From an uncultured Gemmatimonadales bacterium (GTDB lineage: Bacteria; Gemmatimonadota; Gemmatimonadetes; Longimicrobiales; Gaopeijiaceae), in assembly GCA_963809895.1 (NCBI GenBank), contig CAWELD010000003.1:2592001-2656000 (forward strand): a DNA stretch of 64,000 nt. The letters run 5' to 3'. Positions within the stretch are counted from its first letter, which is position 1, and each line of letters begins with the position of its first letter. The notes beneath the pieces were generated by a model. The model did no database searches. It saw nothing but the letters and a program-made list of their open reading frames with translations, and had not been told where the DNA came from. The position numbers were made by a program, and so were the translations under genes. Positions 1 to 11,536 of the stretch are shown in pieces.

Positions 1-2234
1 GATCGCGCCGGGCGGATCCGGATTTCCAACCGGGCCTGGACCTCGCCGTCCTCGCCCATCGCAGCGCTGGCCGGCCGGTCGCTGGCGGTGGGTGACGACC
101 TGCCCGCCGCGCTGGAGCGTTCCAGCGACCCCGGCGCCCATGCCCTGGCCCGGGCCGTGCGTGCCGCGCTGGCCCGGGACGACGAACGGACCGAGCTCTC
201 TCTGGAGTTGTCCGGACAGCGGGGCTGCGGGGGCCGCTGTCGGGTCCTGGTGTCGGCCGTAGACGACGACCCCCCGGGTGCCATGGTCACGATGCGGGAG
301 GCGGTGCGGGAGGATCCCGGCGACGGTGGCCGCCACCCACGAGGTCGACCTCGTGCGCCGTCTCCTGGATTCGGTGACCGACGGTTTCTTCGTCGCCGAT
401 GCCCGCTCGGGACGGCTGGAGTACGTCTCGGAAGGACTGGTGGAGATCTGCGGTGTCTCACGGGCCGAGCTCGTGGGCAACCCCTGGAGCCTGCTGGACG
501 CCGTGCACCCCATGGACCGCGACCGGGTCCGCTCGAACCTGTGGCGACAGGCGGACGGCACCTTCGACGAGTCCTTCAGGGTGATCCAACGCCGACGGAA
601 GCGTCCGCTGGGTGCGGTCCCGGGCCTTCCCCTTACGTCCCGTGGACGACGGAGCGCCGGTCGAGCGCATCGCGGGGGTCGTCACGGACATCACCGCCCG
701 TCGCGAGACGGAGGAGACGTTGCGCCGAAGCAGCGGCCGCTACCGGGCCATCTTCGAGTCCTCGGCGGTGGGCATGGCACTCCTGGGAGCCGACGCCAGG
801 CTCCTGGAGGCCAACTCGGCGTTGCGAGCCCTCCTGGGATGGACCGACGGGGTGCCCGCCACGTCCCTCCTCGAGCTGCTGGACGAGCCGGACAGGGAGC
901 AGGTGGCCCGACGACTTCCGTCACTGGCCCAGAACCTGGAGGAAGGCTGGACCCGGGAAACCCGTCTGCTGCGCAGGGACGGCGGTACGGTTCCGGTTCG
1001 GCTCAACATCTTCGGAGCGCACGCCGACGATCCGGTCGTGGGCATCCTCCTGGTGGAGGACATCTCCGAGCGTAGGCGCCTCGAGCAACAGCTGCAGCAG
1101 GCCCAGCGCATCGAGTCGGTGGGAAGGCTGGCCGGAGGCATCGCCCACGATTTCAACAACCTCGTCACCGTCATTCGCGGACACACCGACCTCCTGCTCG
1201 GCGAGCTCGACCCCGACGATCCGCTCCGCTCCGACCTGGAGGACATCCGGGCCGCAGGAGAGCGAGCCGCGGCCCTCACCGGTCAACTCCTGGCGTTCAG
1301 CCGCCGCAACGTGCTGCAGCCGCGCGTGCTGGATCTCAACCGGGTGGTGGACGACATGAAGGGGATCCTGGGACGGATCCTGGGCGAGGACATCCGCCTC
1401 CGCTTCGAGCAGGCCCAGGAGCTGGGGCTGGTGCGCGCGGACCCGGCCCAGATGGAGCAGATTCTGCTGAACCTGGTGGTGAACGCCCGCGACGCCATGC
1501 CCACGGGCGGCGAGCTGGCCGTCGCCACCTTCGACCGCGATCTGGACGACGACTTCGTCGAGAACCACCTGGGCAGCGTGAGCGGTCCCCACGTGGCGAT
1601 CCGCATCGCCGACACCGGCCACGGCATGGAACCCGACACCATGGCGCTCATCTTCGAGCCCTTCTTCACCACCAAGGAGCCCGGCAAGGGCACCGGGCTC
1701 GGTCTGGCCATGACCTACGGGATCGTCAAGCAGAGCGGTGGCTACATCGACGTGGAGAGCGCGCTGGACGAGGGCGCCACCTTCACGATCTATCTGCCCC
1801 TGGTCCAGGACGATGGTCCGGAGCGGGAAGCCGAGACGGAGCCCGTCGGCGACACGGAGGGCACCGAGACCATCCTGGTCGCCGAGGACGAGCCCCGGGT
1901 GCAGGCCCTGGCCCGCCGCATCCTCGAAGGAGAGGGCTACACGGTCCTCACTGCCGACTCGGGCCGCGCCGCGTTGGTCGCCGCGCGCGCCCACCCTGGC
2001 CCGATCCACCTGTTGGTCAGCGACGTCGTCATGCCCGGCATGGGCGGCAACGAGCTGGCGGAGCGCCTCCAGGCCGAGCGCCCGGCGCTCAAGGTGCTCT
2101 TCGTGTCGGGCTACACCGACGACGCGGTGGTGCGGCACGGAGTCTTCGAGCGGGAGATGCCGTTCCTGGGCAAGCCCTTCACGGCAGAGGAACTGGCCGT
2201 GACGGTGCGCCGGGTGCTGGACGAGAGGGCGTAG
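1..2234 (+). CDS. Hybrid multi-PAS sensor histidine kinase/response regulator, 5'-truncated by window, apparent frameshifts near ~335 and ~590
   Basis: PAS-like segments in three successive frames; H-box [12 protein letters not shown]-box [11 protein letters not shown]-boxes DTGHGM and [15 protein letters not shown]-terminal REC (ILVAEDE...SDVVMP...KP). Confidence 0.9.
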
Positions 2235-2237
2235 CGA

Positions 2238-3353
2238 CTAGCCGGCCGACGCCTCGTCCCGCCCCGGCTCGATGATGGCCTTGGTGACGGCCAGGGCCTC
2301 CACGTCGGCCAGGGCCTCGTTGGCCCCGTCCAGGCCGTAGCGCCGGCCGATGACGTCCCGGAACGGGAGCCGCTCACGGTGGCGGGCGAAGACCGCCAAC
2401 GCGCGCACCAGGTGCCGGAAGCGGGTGCCCCACTGTCCCCGGATGTCCAGGTGCTTGCGATTGAGCTGGGTGTGGGGATTGAAGGGTACCGTACCGGCGT
2501 CGGTGTAGTGTCCCGCCACCACGTAGGTGCCGCCGTCGCGCAGCAACCCCGTGGCCTCGGTGACCGCCGCCGGATTGCCGCTGGCCTCCAGCGCCACGTC
2601 GGCGCCCCGTCCTCCGGTGGCCTCCATCACCAAGGCCGCGCGCTCTTCTGCGCTCGTCTCCGAGAGGTCGAAGGTCCGGTCCACGCCCAGCCGCCGGGCC
2701 AGAGCCAGGCGCGACGCCGGCGCGCCGATGAGGAACACGCGGCCCGCCCCCCGCAGATTGGCGAACGCCGCGGCTGCGAGCCCTACCGGCCCTGCGCCCT
2801 GCACGACCACCGTGTCCCCCATGGCCAGCCCGCTCCTCTCCACCGCCGCGAACCCGGTGAAGAGCCCGCATCCCCCGCCGATGACGTCGTCGGAGGTGAG
2901 TCCGCCGGTGAGCTTCAGGATGCGCACTCCGGGCTTCAGGTAGAGCCGCTCGGCCCAGCCGCCCAGGGGCCCGTCGTGTGCCGAGTAGGTGATGCCGTAC
3001 ACCTTCCGGTGGGGACACCGGTTGGGCTGGTCGGACACCAGGCAGTGGTAGCAGTCCCCACAGACCTCGTGCACGTCCAGGAAGGTCACCAGGTCGCCCG
3101 GCGCCAGCGGCTCGCCCAGCGCGTCGCGCGTGACCCCCCGCGCCTCGACGATGCGGCCGACGCTCACATGCCCCGGAACGATGGGGTACGGTACGCCGGC
3201 CAGGCGGCCGTGGTGCAGATGCACGTCGGTGCCGCACACCTCCGAGGCCGTCACCTCCAGGAGCACGGCACCCTCCTCCAGGTCGGGGTCCGGAAGGCTC
3301 CAGATCTCCAGGGGCTCCCCGGGGGCGGTCATCACCGCGGCGCGAATGGTCAT
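2238..3353 (-). CDS. Zinc-binding medium-chain alcohol dehydrogenase
   Basis: CGTD..H catalytic Zn motif, CGDCYHC..C structural Zn, GAGPVG Rossmann motif. Confidence 0.92.
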   Translation of the reverse strand: MTIRAAVMTAPGEPLEIWSLPDPDLEEGAVLLEVTASEVCGTDVHLHHGRLAGVPYPIVPGHVSVGRIVEARGVTRDALGEPLAPGDLVTFLDVHEVCGDCYHCLVSDQPNRCPHRKVYGITYSAHDGPLGGWAERLYLKPGVRILKLTGGLTSDDVIGGGCGLFTGFAAVERSGLAMGDTVVVQGAGPVGLAAAAFANLRGAGRVFLIGAPASRLALARRLGVDRTFDLSETSAEERAALVMEATGGRGADVALEASGNPAAVTEATGLLRDGGTYVVAGHYTDAGTVPFNPHTQLNRKHLDIRGQWGTRFRHLVRALAVFARHRERLPFRDVIGRRYGLDGANEALADVEALAVTKAIIEPGRDEASAG

Positions 3354-3384
3354 GGCATGGTCGGAATGAAGGGTAGGACCGGGC

Positions 3385-4321
3385 TCACTGGCACGGGGGC
3401 GCGTCGTAGGGTAGCCCGACGGGACCGGGGTTCACCAGAAGGCGGAAGGTCCGCACGAAGGCCGACCCGAAGAAGCCGGTGCCGTCACCCCGCACGCTGG
3501 GCACGCGCACCGTCCCGGACGGATTGAAGTTGCCGCCCCGCACCCAGTTCACGTAGTTGCGGTCCACCGCCGCCACGCTGGTCGTCGCCGCGGTCCCAGG
3601 CGCGAGTCCCTCCTGCAGGTACACGGCCAGGTCCCGGTCCAGATCGGCGCGGTCGAAGATCCCGAACTCCGCCGGGAACACCACCGTGGTGTCGGCGGCG
3701 GACACCGAGAGGCCCAGCAGATAGAGCGGCTCCTCGTCCACGGTGATCTCGGGGCCCAGGGCGTCGCGGAGTCCGAAGATCTCCGTCTCCGACAGGTACG
3801 CCCAGGCCCCGGGTGACGAGGTCCAACGCAACTCCAGGGTGCTGCGGGCGTTCCAGCACGCAGGCCGCGACGCCTGGACCGGGGGCGATCATCGTGATGG
3901 AGTCCGGCACCACCGTCGCCGCTTCCATGTGCTCGCCCTCGGGCGTGTCCACGGTGAGCTCCAGGCGCATGCCCGGCTCCAGATCGGGCGACAGCAGCAG
4001 GTAGCAGGTGCCTTGCCCGGCATCCGGGCCGGTGACGACACATTCGTTCACGGAGCGCTCCATGAGGCCCACCTCCGACCCGTCGGGAAAGCCGATGCGC
4101 ACCCGGGAGTTGGGAACCCCCCGAGCCTGGTATCCCACGGTACGATGCAGGAGCACGGTGACCGTGCCCCCGACGCCCACCGGCGATCCCAGCTGCACCA
4201 GGCCCTCCACCACCACCACGTCCTCCACCTCGGCCACGGTGATCTCCTGAAGCTCGCATCCCACGGCGGCCGCGAGCGCGGCGAGCGCAGGCAGCAACGT
4301 CATCGCCCGGCGCCGGCTCAT
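3385..4321 (-). CDS. DUF4249-like lipoprotein paired with TonB receptor (frameshift ~3835)
   Basis: ATG overlaps receptor stop; lipobox AAVGC; VVVEG start; C-terminal SVRGDGTGFFGS motif in second frame. Confidence 0.7.
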
Positions 4322-6684
4322 CGGAAGCGCACCTCGACCCCCAGGGTCGGCAGGAGGGGGAACATGGAGATGCCGGCCCGCCGCGGCGGGTCCTCGTCGA
4401 GCTCGTAGAAGTAGAAGAGCACGTTCCTGCGGTTGTAGAGATTGAGCAGATCCAGGTGCGGCGTCAGCACGCCCCATCCGTATTCGAAGGTCTTGCGGAG
4501 CGTGAGGTCCAGCCGGTGGTAGGTGGGATACCGGGATCCGTTGCGATCGCCGAGGAGCACGGCGTACCCGCCCTGGTCGTCCTCCTCACCGGTCCAGGAG
4601 AAGCGTCCGCCACCCCGCAGGAAGCGGGGCTGGTAGGCCGCGTAGCTCGCGACCGGGCGCGTGTACGGAACCCCGGTGCCCACGTTCAGCCGCGTGCCGG
4701 CCTCCCAACCGCCGGGGAAGGGAAAGCGGAGCACCAGGTCCACGTCCAATCGTCGATCGAAGATCGGCGCATAGGTCACCTCGGGCGGCACCGGATCCGG
4801 GGCCAGTGGATCCGGGAAGGTCCGCGTGGCCTTGAGGAAGGACAGGGCGAGCCAGCCGCTGACGTCGTGACCCGAGCGACGCACCAGGAGATCGGCACCC
4901 CACGACGTGCCCCGGCCGCGGAGAACGTCGTCCAGCTCCGTGTTCGGATCGTCACCACCGTTGACCGACACCACCCCGTCGAAGCGGCGCAGGTACGCCT
5001 CGAGGGCGAAGGTCCAATCCTCGACGGCGTACGTCTCGACACCCACCTGGTACTGGTCCGAGACCACGTGGGGCGCGCGGGCGCCGGCCAGGATCCACAC
5101 GTCGAGCCCCAGGGGAAGCTCCTCGTCCCGTAGCGAGTGCATGAACTGCGCGTAGCGACCCACCGACGCCTTCACGGCCCAGTCGGCATCGCCGAAGAAC
5201 CACTTGGCCGCCAGGCGCGGCTGCGCCTCGGACACGGTCTCGCCCCGGTCGGGACTCCAGTGGTCCAGGCGCAGGCCGGTCTCCATCAACCACCGTCCGG
5301 GCCAGCCCCAGTTCGCCTGCAGATAGGCCCCCACGAGGTCGCCGGTCCCCCTTCCCCGACTGAAGTCCGTGCCGCCGGTGCGGGCGAGGTTGTCGTAACC
5401 GAGATGCTCCAGCTGGATCCCGCCTCCGAGCTCGAGCCAGGCCAGCGCCTCCACCTCGACGTCGGTGGCCACGCGGCCCTGGGTGAGGGCGCTCCGGAAC
5501 TCCGTGTCGTCGAAATCCGGAAAGACCAGGCCCGTGGCGAAACGCGTCCACGCCGCCGAGGTGGACCACGTGCCGCGCGCCAGGTCGCGTTCCCAACTGA
5601 GGCCCACGGCGTCGTTCCCCCAATCCCAGTCGAGTCGCAGCGGGAAGTCCTCGTCGTCCAGGCGGGTCAGGTCCAGCACGTCGGCCCCGGTGTAGGCCGT
5701 GACGCGCAGGTGGTCGCGCTCCCCCAGGCCCGCGTCGAGCACGCCCTGCAGATCGGCGAGATGATAGGGAAAGTCGAAAAAGGGCCGCAGGATCTGGTCG
5801 AAGTACGAGCGGCGGCCGGACACGCGCCAGCGGAGGCTGCTCAGCCCCAGCGCGTCCCGCACCCCCGCCGAGGCGCCGCCCGCCACCGAGACGCGCGCCG
5901 CCAGCAGGGACACGCCTCCGTCCACGGCCAGGTGGCCGGGCCCGGGATCCGCCGTCACCTCCAGCACCGACGAGACCCTGCCGCCGTAGCGCGCCGGGAA
6001 ACCGCCGGACTGCAGCTCGACCCGCTCCACCATGTCGGCGTTGAACACCGAGAACAGTCCGCCCAGGTGGAAGGGGCTGACGATGGGCACGCCGTCGAGC
6101 AGGATGAGATTCTGGTCCTGCGAGCCTCCGCGCACGTGGAAGGTCGACGAGAAGTCGGAGGTCGACACCACGCCCGGAAGCACCTCCACCGCGCGCAACG
6201 GGTCCGCCTCGGCGACCCCGGGGACCAGCTTGAGCTCCTCGCTGGACAGCTCCCTCGCGGTGACGCCCGCTTCCTCTTCGAAGCGGGTCCTCTCGCGGCT
6301 GCGCTCGGCCTCCACGCGCACGCCTTCCAGCGCCACCGGCGCCTGCTGGAGCACGAGCTCCACGCGCGTCGTCTCGCCGGCGCGAACGGTCACCAGGCGT
6401 GACAGCTCCGCGAATCCCAGGCGCTGCACACGCACGGTGTACCGGCCGGCGGCAAGCCCCTGCACGGCGAAGGCACCGACGGAGTCCGTCTCCACGGTGG
6501 CCACGGCGCGGGCCTGGTGCATCACGCTGACCGCCGCGGCGAACACGGGAGCCTCTCCATCGGTCACCACGCCCTCCACAGCGCCGGGCGCCTGGGCCGC
6601 GGCCGGTGCTCCCAGGACGAGGAGCGCCAGCAGCGTCGCACCCGCGCCGCCGGTGCGCGGAGGGCCCGGCATGGTTACCATCAC
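4318..6684 (-). CDS. TonB-dependent receptor with N-terminal carboxypeptidase regulatory-like domain
   Basis: Signal peptide; plug motifs LPGV, VRGGSQDQNLILLDG, GGFPARYGGRVSSV; barrel with YHRLDL, NLYNRRN and near-terminal F. Confidence 0.92.
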   Translation of the reverse strand: MMVTMPGPPRTGGAGATLLALLVLGAPAAAQAPGAVEGVVTDGEAPVFAAAVSVMHQARAVATVETDSVGAFAVQGLAAGRYTVRVQRLGFAELSRLVTVRAGETTRVELVLQQAPVALEGVRVEAERSRERTRFEEEAGVTARELSSEELKLVPGVAEADPLRAVEVLPGVVSTSDFSSTFHVRGGSQDQNLILLDGVPIVSPFHLGGLFSVFNADMVERVELQSGGFPARYGGRVSSVLEVTADPGPGHLAVDGGVSLLAARVSVAGGASAGVRDALGLSSLRWRVSGRRSYFDQILRPFFDFPYHLADLQGVLDAGLGERDHLRVTAYTGADVLDLTRLDDEDFPLRLDWDWGNDAVGLSWERDLARGTWSTSAAWTRFATGLVFPDFDDTEFRSALTQGRVATDVEVEALAWLELGGGIQLEHLGYDNLARTGGTDFSRGRGTGDLVGAYLQANWGWPGRWLMETGLRLDHWSPDRGETVSEAQPRLAAKWFFGDADWAVKASVGRYAQFMHSLRDEELPLGLDVWILAGARAPHVVSDQYQVGVETYAVEDWTFALEAYLRRFDGVVSVNGGDDPNTELDDVLRGRGTSWGADLLVRRSGHDVSGWLALSFLKATRTFPDPLAPDPVPPEVTYAPIFDRRLDVDLVLRFPFPGGWEAGTRLNVGTGVPYTRPVASYAAYQPRFLRGGGRFSWTGEEDDQGGYAVLLGDRNGSRYPTYHRLDLTLRKTFEYGWGVLTPHLDLLNLYNRRNVLFYFYELDEDPPRRAGISMFPLLPTLGVEVRFR

Positions 6685-6731
6685 CGCCTCTTCGGTCTGC
6701 TCTTCGTCATTGACTCCACCTCCTGAATCTC

Positions 6732-7733
6732 ATGGACCTGGACGATCTGCGCGAGCGCATCCGGGCGCTCCCACGCACGCGGCTGGCATCGCTCCCCACG
6801 ACCCTCCGACGCGCCCCCCGCCTGCGGGCGGCGCTGGGGCCGGAGACGCCCGACCTCCTCCTCAAGCTGGACGGGGAGACCGGGTTCGCCCTGGGGGGCA
6901 ACAAGGTACGCAAGCTGGAGTACGAGCTGGCCCCCCACCGGCTGACCGACGTCACCCATCTCATCACCACCGGCGGACCGCAGTCGAACCACGCCCGCGT
7001 CACGGCCGCCGCCGCCGCGCGCATGGGCCTGGGGTGCGTCCTGGTCGTCAATGGCGTGGCACCGGACCCACCCACGGGGAATGCGCTCCTGCACCGGCTA
7101 CTCGGAGCCCACCTCCGCACCGTCTCCTCCAGGACGGAACGAGCCCCCGCCATGGCCGAGGCCGCCGCGGAGATCGCCGAGGCCGGCGGACGCGCCCTGG
7201 TGATCCCGCTGGGCGCATCCACCCCCGACGGCGCGTTGGGATACCTGGCGGCGGCGCTGGAGCTTCACGACCAGCTCCCGCCCCAGTCGGACCGCTCCGT
7301 CCACGTCTTCCTGGCCAGCTCGTCGGCGGGCACCCTGGCGGGTCTGCTGGCGGGATTCGCGCTCCTGGAGCGGACGGACCTCAACCTGGTGGCGGTGAGC
7401 GCGGACACGCCCCGCGCCGACCTTCTCGACCGAGCCAGGGACCTCGCCGCCGGTGCCCTCAACCGGCTCGGCGTACCCGGCGGGTTGCTGGAGCGCATGG
7501 AGGCGCGCCTGGACGCCACCGACGACGAGGTCGGCGAGGGCTACGCCATCCCCACCGAGGCGTCGCGCGAAGCCATGGAGCTGCTGGCTCGCAGCGAGGG
7601 GGAGATCCTGGATCCGGTCTACACCAGCAAGGCCGCCGCCGGCATGGTGCGGTGGATCCGTGAAGGGCGTTTCCCCGCCGGCGACCGGGTCGTCTTCTGG
7701 CACACCGGCGGCCAGCCGGGGCTGTTCGCGTGA
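6732..7733 (+). CDS. D-cysteine desulfhydrase / ACC deaminase family PLP enzyme
   Basis: GGNKVRKLEY, QSNH, LDPVYTSKA, FWHTGG motifs. Confidence 0.9.
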   Translation: MDLDDLRERIRALPRTRLASLPTTLRRAPRLRAALGPETPDLLLKLDGETGFALGGNKVRKLEYELAPHRLTDVTHLITTGGPQSNHARVTAAAAARMGLGCVLVVNGVAPDPPTGNALLHRLLGAHLRTVSSRTERAPAMAEAAAEIAEAGGRALVIPLGASTPDGALGYLAAALELHDQLPPQSDRSVHVFLASSSAGTLAGLLAGFALLERTDLNLVAVSADTPRADLLDRARDLAAGALNRLGVPGGLLERMEARLDATDDEVGEGYAIPTEASREAMELLARSEGEILDPVYTSKAAAGMVRWIREGRFPAGDRVVFWHTGGQPGLFA

Positions 7734-7752
7734 GGGACCGCGGAGTACGACG

Positions 7753-8130
7753 CTACGCAGGAGGGTCGGGATTGCCCGCGGGGACTCCGAAGAGCAGCAG
7801 GCCGGCCCCGAGCATCATGAGGGGCGCCACGCTCAGAAGCCGGAAGGCGCCGGGCGCCCCCACGAAGACCAGCCCCACCGGCACCAGCGAGATGAAGCCC
7901 ACGATGACCGTGACCAGGGGAGCGTGGCGAAAGGTCGCCACCGCCCCGGACCACGCCACGCCGGTGAAGAGCGCCGCCGCCACCCACGCAGGGGGGCCGC
8001 CGCTGCCCATGTCGGCCAGGCCTCCCGGACCCGCTGGAGGAAAGAAGGCCAGCCGGATCCAGAGCCAGGTGGACAGGGCCGCGCTGACGAACGCCAGCAT
8101 TCGAGCCAGGAAGGTGCGCATCCGATGCAT
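7753..8130 (-). CDS. Small integral membrane protein (about 4 TM), unknown function
   Basis: Four hydrophobic stretches; start uncertain. Confidence 0.5.
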   Translation of the reverse strand: MHRMRTFLARMLAFVSAALSTWLWIRLAFFPPAGPGGLADMGSGGPPAWVAAALFTGVAWSGAVATFRHAPLVTVIVGFISLVPVGLVFVGAPGAFRLLSVAPLMMLGAGLLLFGVPAGNPDPPA

Positions 8131-10594
8131 GTCCTGAAGGTCGTTCTGCGCGTTCGTGGGGACCACCCCCGCCGGAGAGCCCTCGCAACCCGGCTCCTGG
8201 CCGCGGCCGCGGTGACCGCCCTGCTCGCCTGCGGCTCTCCGCCGGCAGCCACCTACCCCGGCGGCGGTGTCTCCGGCCCCGGCGGCCCTGCCCCTGGTGC
8301 CCTTGCCCGCTCACCTGGAACGGGGTGAGGGCGCGTTGGCGCTCACGGTGTCCACCGGCGTGGTCCTGGACCCGGATACCCCGGAGCTCCGGGATGCGGC
8401 GCGCACCGTGGTGGCCGGGATGCGGGTGCGCACCGCGCTCCCGCTGCCGTTCCGGGAGCCCGACGACGCCCGGCCCGGCGACGTCCGCGTGCGCCTCACG
8501 GGCGGCACTCCCGACGTGACGGGGCTCGGCCTGACCCCGACCCGTCCGGGACGCTGGAGCGAGGCCTATGCGCTACGGGTCACCCGCGAGGGCGCCCTCC
8601 TGGAAGCCGAGGCGGTGCCGGGCGTGCTCGAGGGCCTGCGCACCCTCGACCAGCTCGACGACGGCACCCGCCGCGTGCCCGCGGTCTCCATCGACGACGC
8701 CCCGCGCTTCTCCTACCGGGGAGTCCACCTCGACGTGGCGCGGCACTACTTCCCGGTGGAGTTCGTGCTCCGCTACGTCGACCTGCTCGCCCGCTACAAG
8801 CTCAACACCTTTCACTGGCACCTCACCGACGATCAGGGCTGGCGCATCGAGATCCGACGCTACCCCCGCCTCACCCGGGTCGGCGGCTTCCGGAAGCAGA
8901 CGCTGGTGGGGCGCGCGGGTCGCTCGGACACCTACGACGGCGTGTCCTATGGCGGCTACTACACGCAGGCCGAGATACGGCGGGTGGTGGCGTACGCCGC
9001 CCAGCGGGGGATCACGGTGATTCCCGAGATCGAGATGCCGGGGCACGCGCGGGCCGCGCTGGCGGCCTATCCCGAGCTGGCGTGCACCCCCGGTCCCTTC
9101 ACGGTGGCCACGACGTGGGGTGTCTTCCCGGAGATCTTCTGCCCCTCGGAGGTCACCTTCCGCTTCCTGGAGAACGTACTCGACGAGGTGATGGAGCTCT
9201 TTCCGTCGGAGTACATCCACATCGGCGGCGACGAGGCTCCCAAGGCCGCGTGGGAAGCCAGCCCGCTGGCGCAGGAGGTCATGCGCCGCGAAGGGCTGGC
9301 CGACGAGGCGGAGCTGCAGAGCTGGTTCGTGCGTCGCATCGAGGGCTACCTGCGGGACCACGGCCGTCGTCTGGTGGGATGGGACGAGATCCTGGAGGGC
9401 GGGCTGGCGCCCCAGGCCACCGTCATGTCCTGGCGAGGCGAGGCCGGCGGAATCGAGGCGGCCCGGCAGGGGCACGACGTCATCATGACCCCCAATCCCG
9501 TCGCCTACCTGGACCACTATCAGGGCGACCCCGAGCACGAGCCGCTGGCCATCGGCGGCTACACGCCCCTGGAGGAGGTCTACGCCTGGGAGCCCGTGCC
9601 CGCCGAGCTCACCGGCGACGAGACACGTCACGTCCTGGGCGCGCAGGGCAACATGTGGACCGAGTACATGGCCAGCGGCAGCCACGTGGAGTACATGCTC
9701 TTTCCGAGGCTGCTGGCGCTGAGCGAGGTCTTGTGGTCTCCCCGCGACAGCCGCGATCTCGAGGGATTCCGGGCCCGCGTGTCCGGCCCTCTGGCCTGGC
9801 TCGGCGCCCACGGGGTGGATTTCCGCATCCCCGAGCCGGTGGGGCTGGGCGGGGCGTCCGACGCTCCTCCGGCCCAGTCGGGCGTCACCACCCGTCTCGT
9901 GCTGGGCGAGAGGATCCGGCTGGCTCCCCGAAGCCTCGTCCGGGGCGGCCGCGTGCTGGTGACGCTGGACGGCTCGGAGCCCGACACCTCCACCGCGCCG
10001 TGGCGAGGCGCGCGCGAGGTCGCGATCCCCGCCGACGGGCTCACGGTCACGGGGCGGGTACTCCTGCCCGACGGGCGCCTCGGCCCGGTGCGGGCCGTCC
10101 ACCTGCGCACCGCCGAGCTGCGTCCGGCCAGCCCCGACCCCGGGGGACTCACGCCGGGCCTCCGCTGGCAGGCGGTGGCGGCCGAAGGGGTCGAGAGCGT
10201 GGACGAGCTCGCCGACGGACCGCCACTGGCCTCCGGCACCACGGGCCGGGTCGCGGTGCCGGAGGGACTCCCGAACGACGCGCCCTTCGGTGTGCGCTAC
10301 ACGGGATGGATCCGGGTCCCCGACGACGGCATCTACACCTTCCATGTCACCTCCGACGACGGCTCGGCGCTACGGGTCGACGACGAGGTGGTCGTGGACA
10401 ACGACGGGCCGCACGGCGCGCAGGAGCGCACCGGCCAGGTGGCGCTACAGGCCGGCCTCCACCGGCTGTCGCTGCTCTACTTCCAGGCCGGAGGCGGCCT
10501 CGCCCTCGAGCTGTCCGTCACCCCGCCCGGCGGAGCGCGCACAGATCCGTCCGGCTGGCTCCTGAGCACGGGAGCGGGTGGAGCGCGTCCTTGA
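8125..10594 (+). CDS. GH20 beta-N-acetylhexosaminidase with C-terminal PA14 domain; lipoprotein signal in upstream frame (frameshift ~8255)
   Basis: DAPRFSYRGVHLDVARH, HWHLTDDQGWR, HIGGDE catalytic motif; SDDGS..DNDGPHG PA14; LLACG lipobox upstream. Confidence 0.92.
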
Positions 10595-11532
10595 GCGCAC
10601 CGGAGCTCGTGCTGCTGGCGGCGGGGCTCTCCACCCGCTTCGGCCGCCCCAAGCAGCTCGAGCCCGTGGGACCGGGCGGCGAGTCGCTGGTGGCCTACAC
10701 CGTGGTGGACGCCCTCAGGGCCGGGTTCAGTCGCGTCGTCCTGGTCACCAACCCGGAGAGCCCGGAGCTCGAGTCCGGCCTGCGGGACCATCTGGAGACG
10801 GTCCTGGCACCGGGGCTGCCCCTCGCGTGGGTGCATCAGCGGCTCGACGCCCTGCCGGCGGGCCACGCGGTGCCCGCCGGACGCACACGACCGTGGGGGA
10901 CCGCCCAGGCGCTGCTGGCGGCGGCGCCGCTGTTGACGGGCCCTTTCGGGGTGGCCAACGCCGACGACTGGTACGGACCGGAAGCACTGGTGGCCCTGGC
11001 CGAGGCGCTGCCACGAACGGGCCCCGACGAGGGCGTCCTGGTGACCTGGCGCATGGCCGACACGCTCTCGCGTCACGGGGGCGTGTCGCGGGGGGTGGTG
11101 AACGTCTCCGGGAACCGGGTGACCGGGGTGACGGAGGTGCTGGACGTGCGCGCGGACCCCCGTCGAGGAGGCCGTCTGGTGGGCCGCACGGTGGCCGGAC
11201 GGACGCTGGAGGTGGCCCCGGACGCGCGGGCCTCCATGAATCTGTGGGGGCTGCCCGCGGCGGCGCTGGAGGCGCTGGCCCGGGACTTCCGCCGCTTCCT
11301 CGAGGTCCACGGCGCGGAGGTCGACGCCGAGTTCCCGCTGAGCAGCGCCCTGGACGCCCTGGTCGCGGACGGCCGGCTCACCCTGGAGGCGCTGCCCGAA
11401 GGCCGGCGTTGGTTCGGGATCACCTTCGCGCCGGACCGCGACGTGGTGCGGGCCCGCCTCGCCGCCCTGCACGCCGACGGTACCTATCCGACACCCCTGG
11501 CCCGGGCCCTCCCCTCACCGGATTCGGAGTGA
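10591..11532 (+). CDS. Sugar-1-phosphate nucleotidyltransferase (NTP transferase family)
   Basis: TTG start overlapping GH20 stop; LAAGLSTRFG..KQ, PWGTAQA, NADDWYG motifs. Confidence 0.85.
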   Translation: MSAPELVLLAAGLSTRFGRPKQLEPVGPGGESLVAYTVVDALRAGFSRVVLVTNPESPELESGLRDHLETVLAPGLPLAWVHQRLDALPAGHAVPAGRTRPWGTAQALLAAAPLLTGPFGVANADDWYGPEALVALAEALPRTGPDEGVLVTWRMADTLSRHGGVSRGVVNVSGNRVTGVTEVLDVRADPRRGGRLVGRTVAGRTLEVAPDARASMNLWGLPAAALEALARDFRRFLEVHGAEVDAEFPLSSALDALVADGRLTLEALPEGRRWFGITFAPDRDVVRARLAALHADGTYPTPLARALPSPDSE

Positions 11533-11536
11533 CACC

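Noticed and set aside
6681..6710. Leader peptide MTKSRPKRR before the TonB receptor
   Set aside because: Has an AGGAGG RBS but could be a frameshifted N-terminus or chance; cannot be supported
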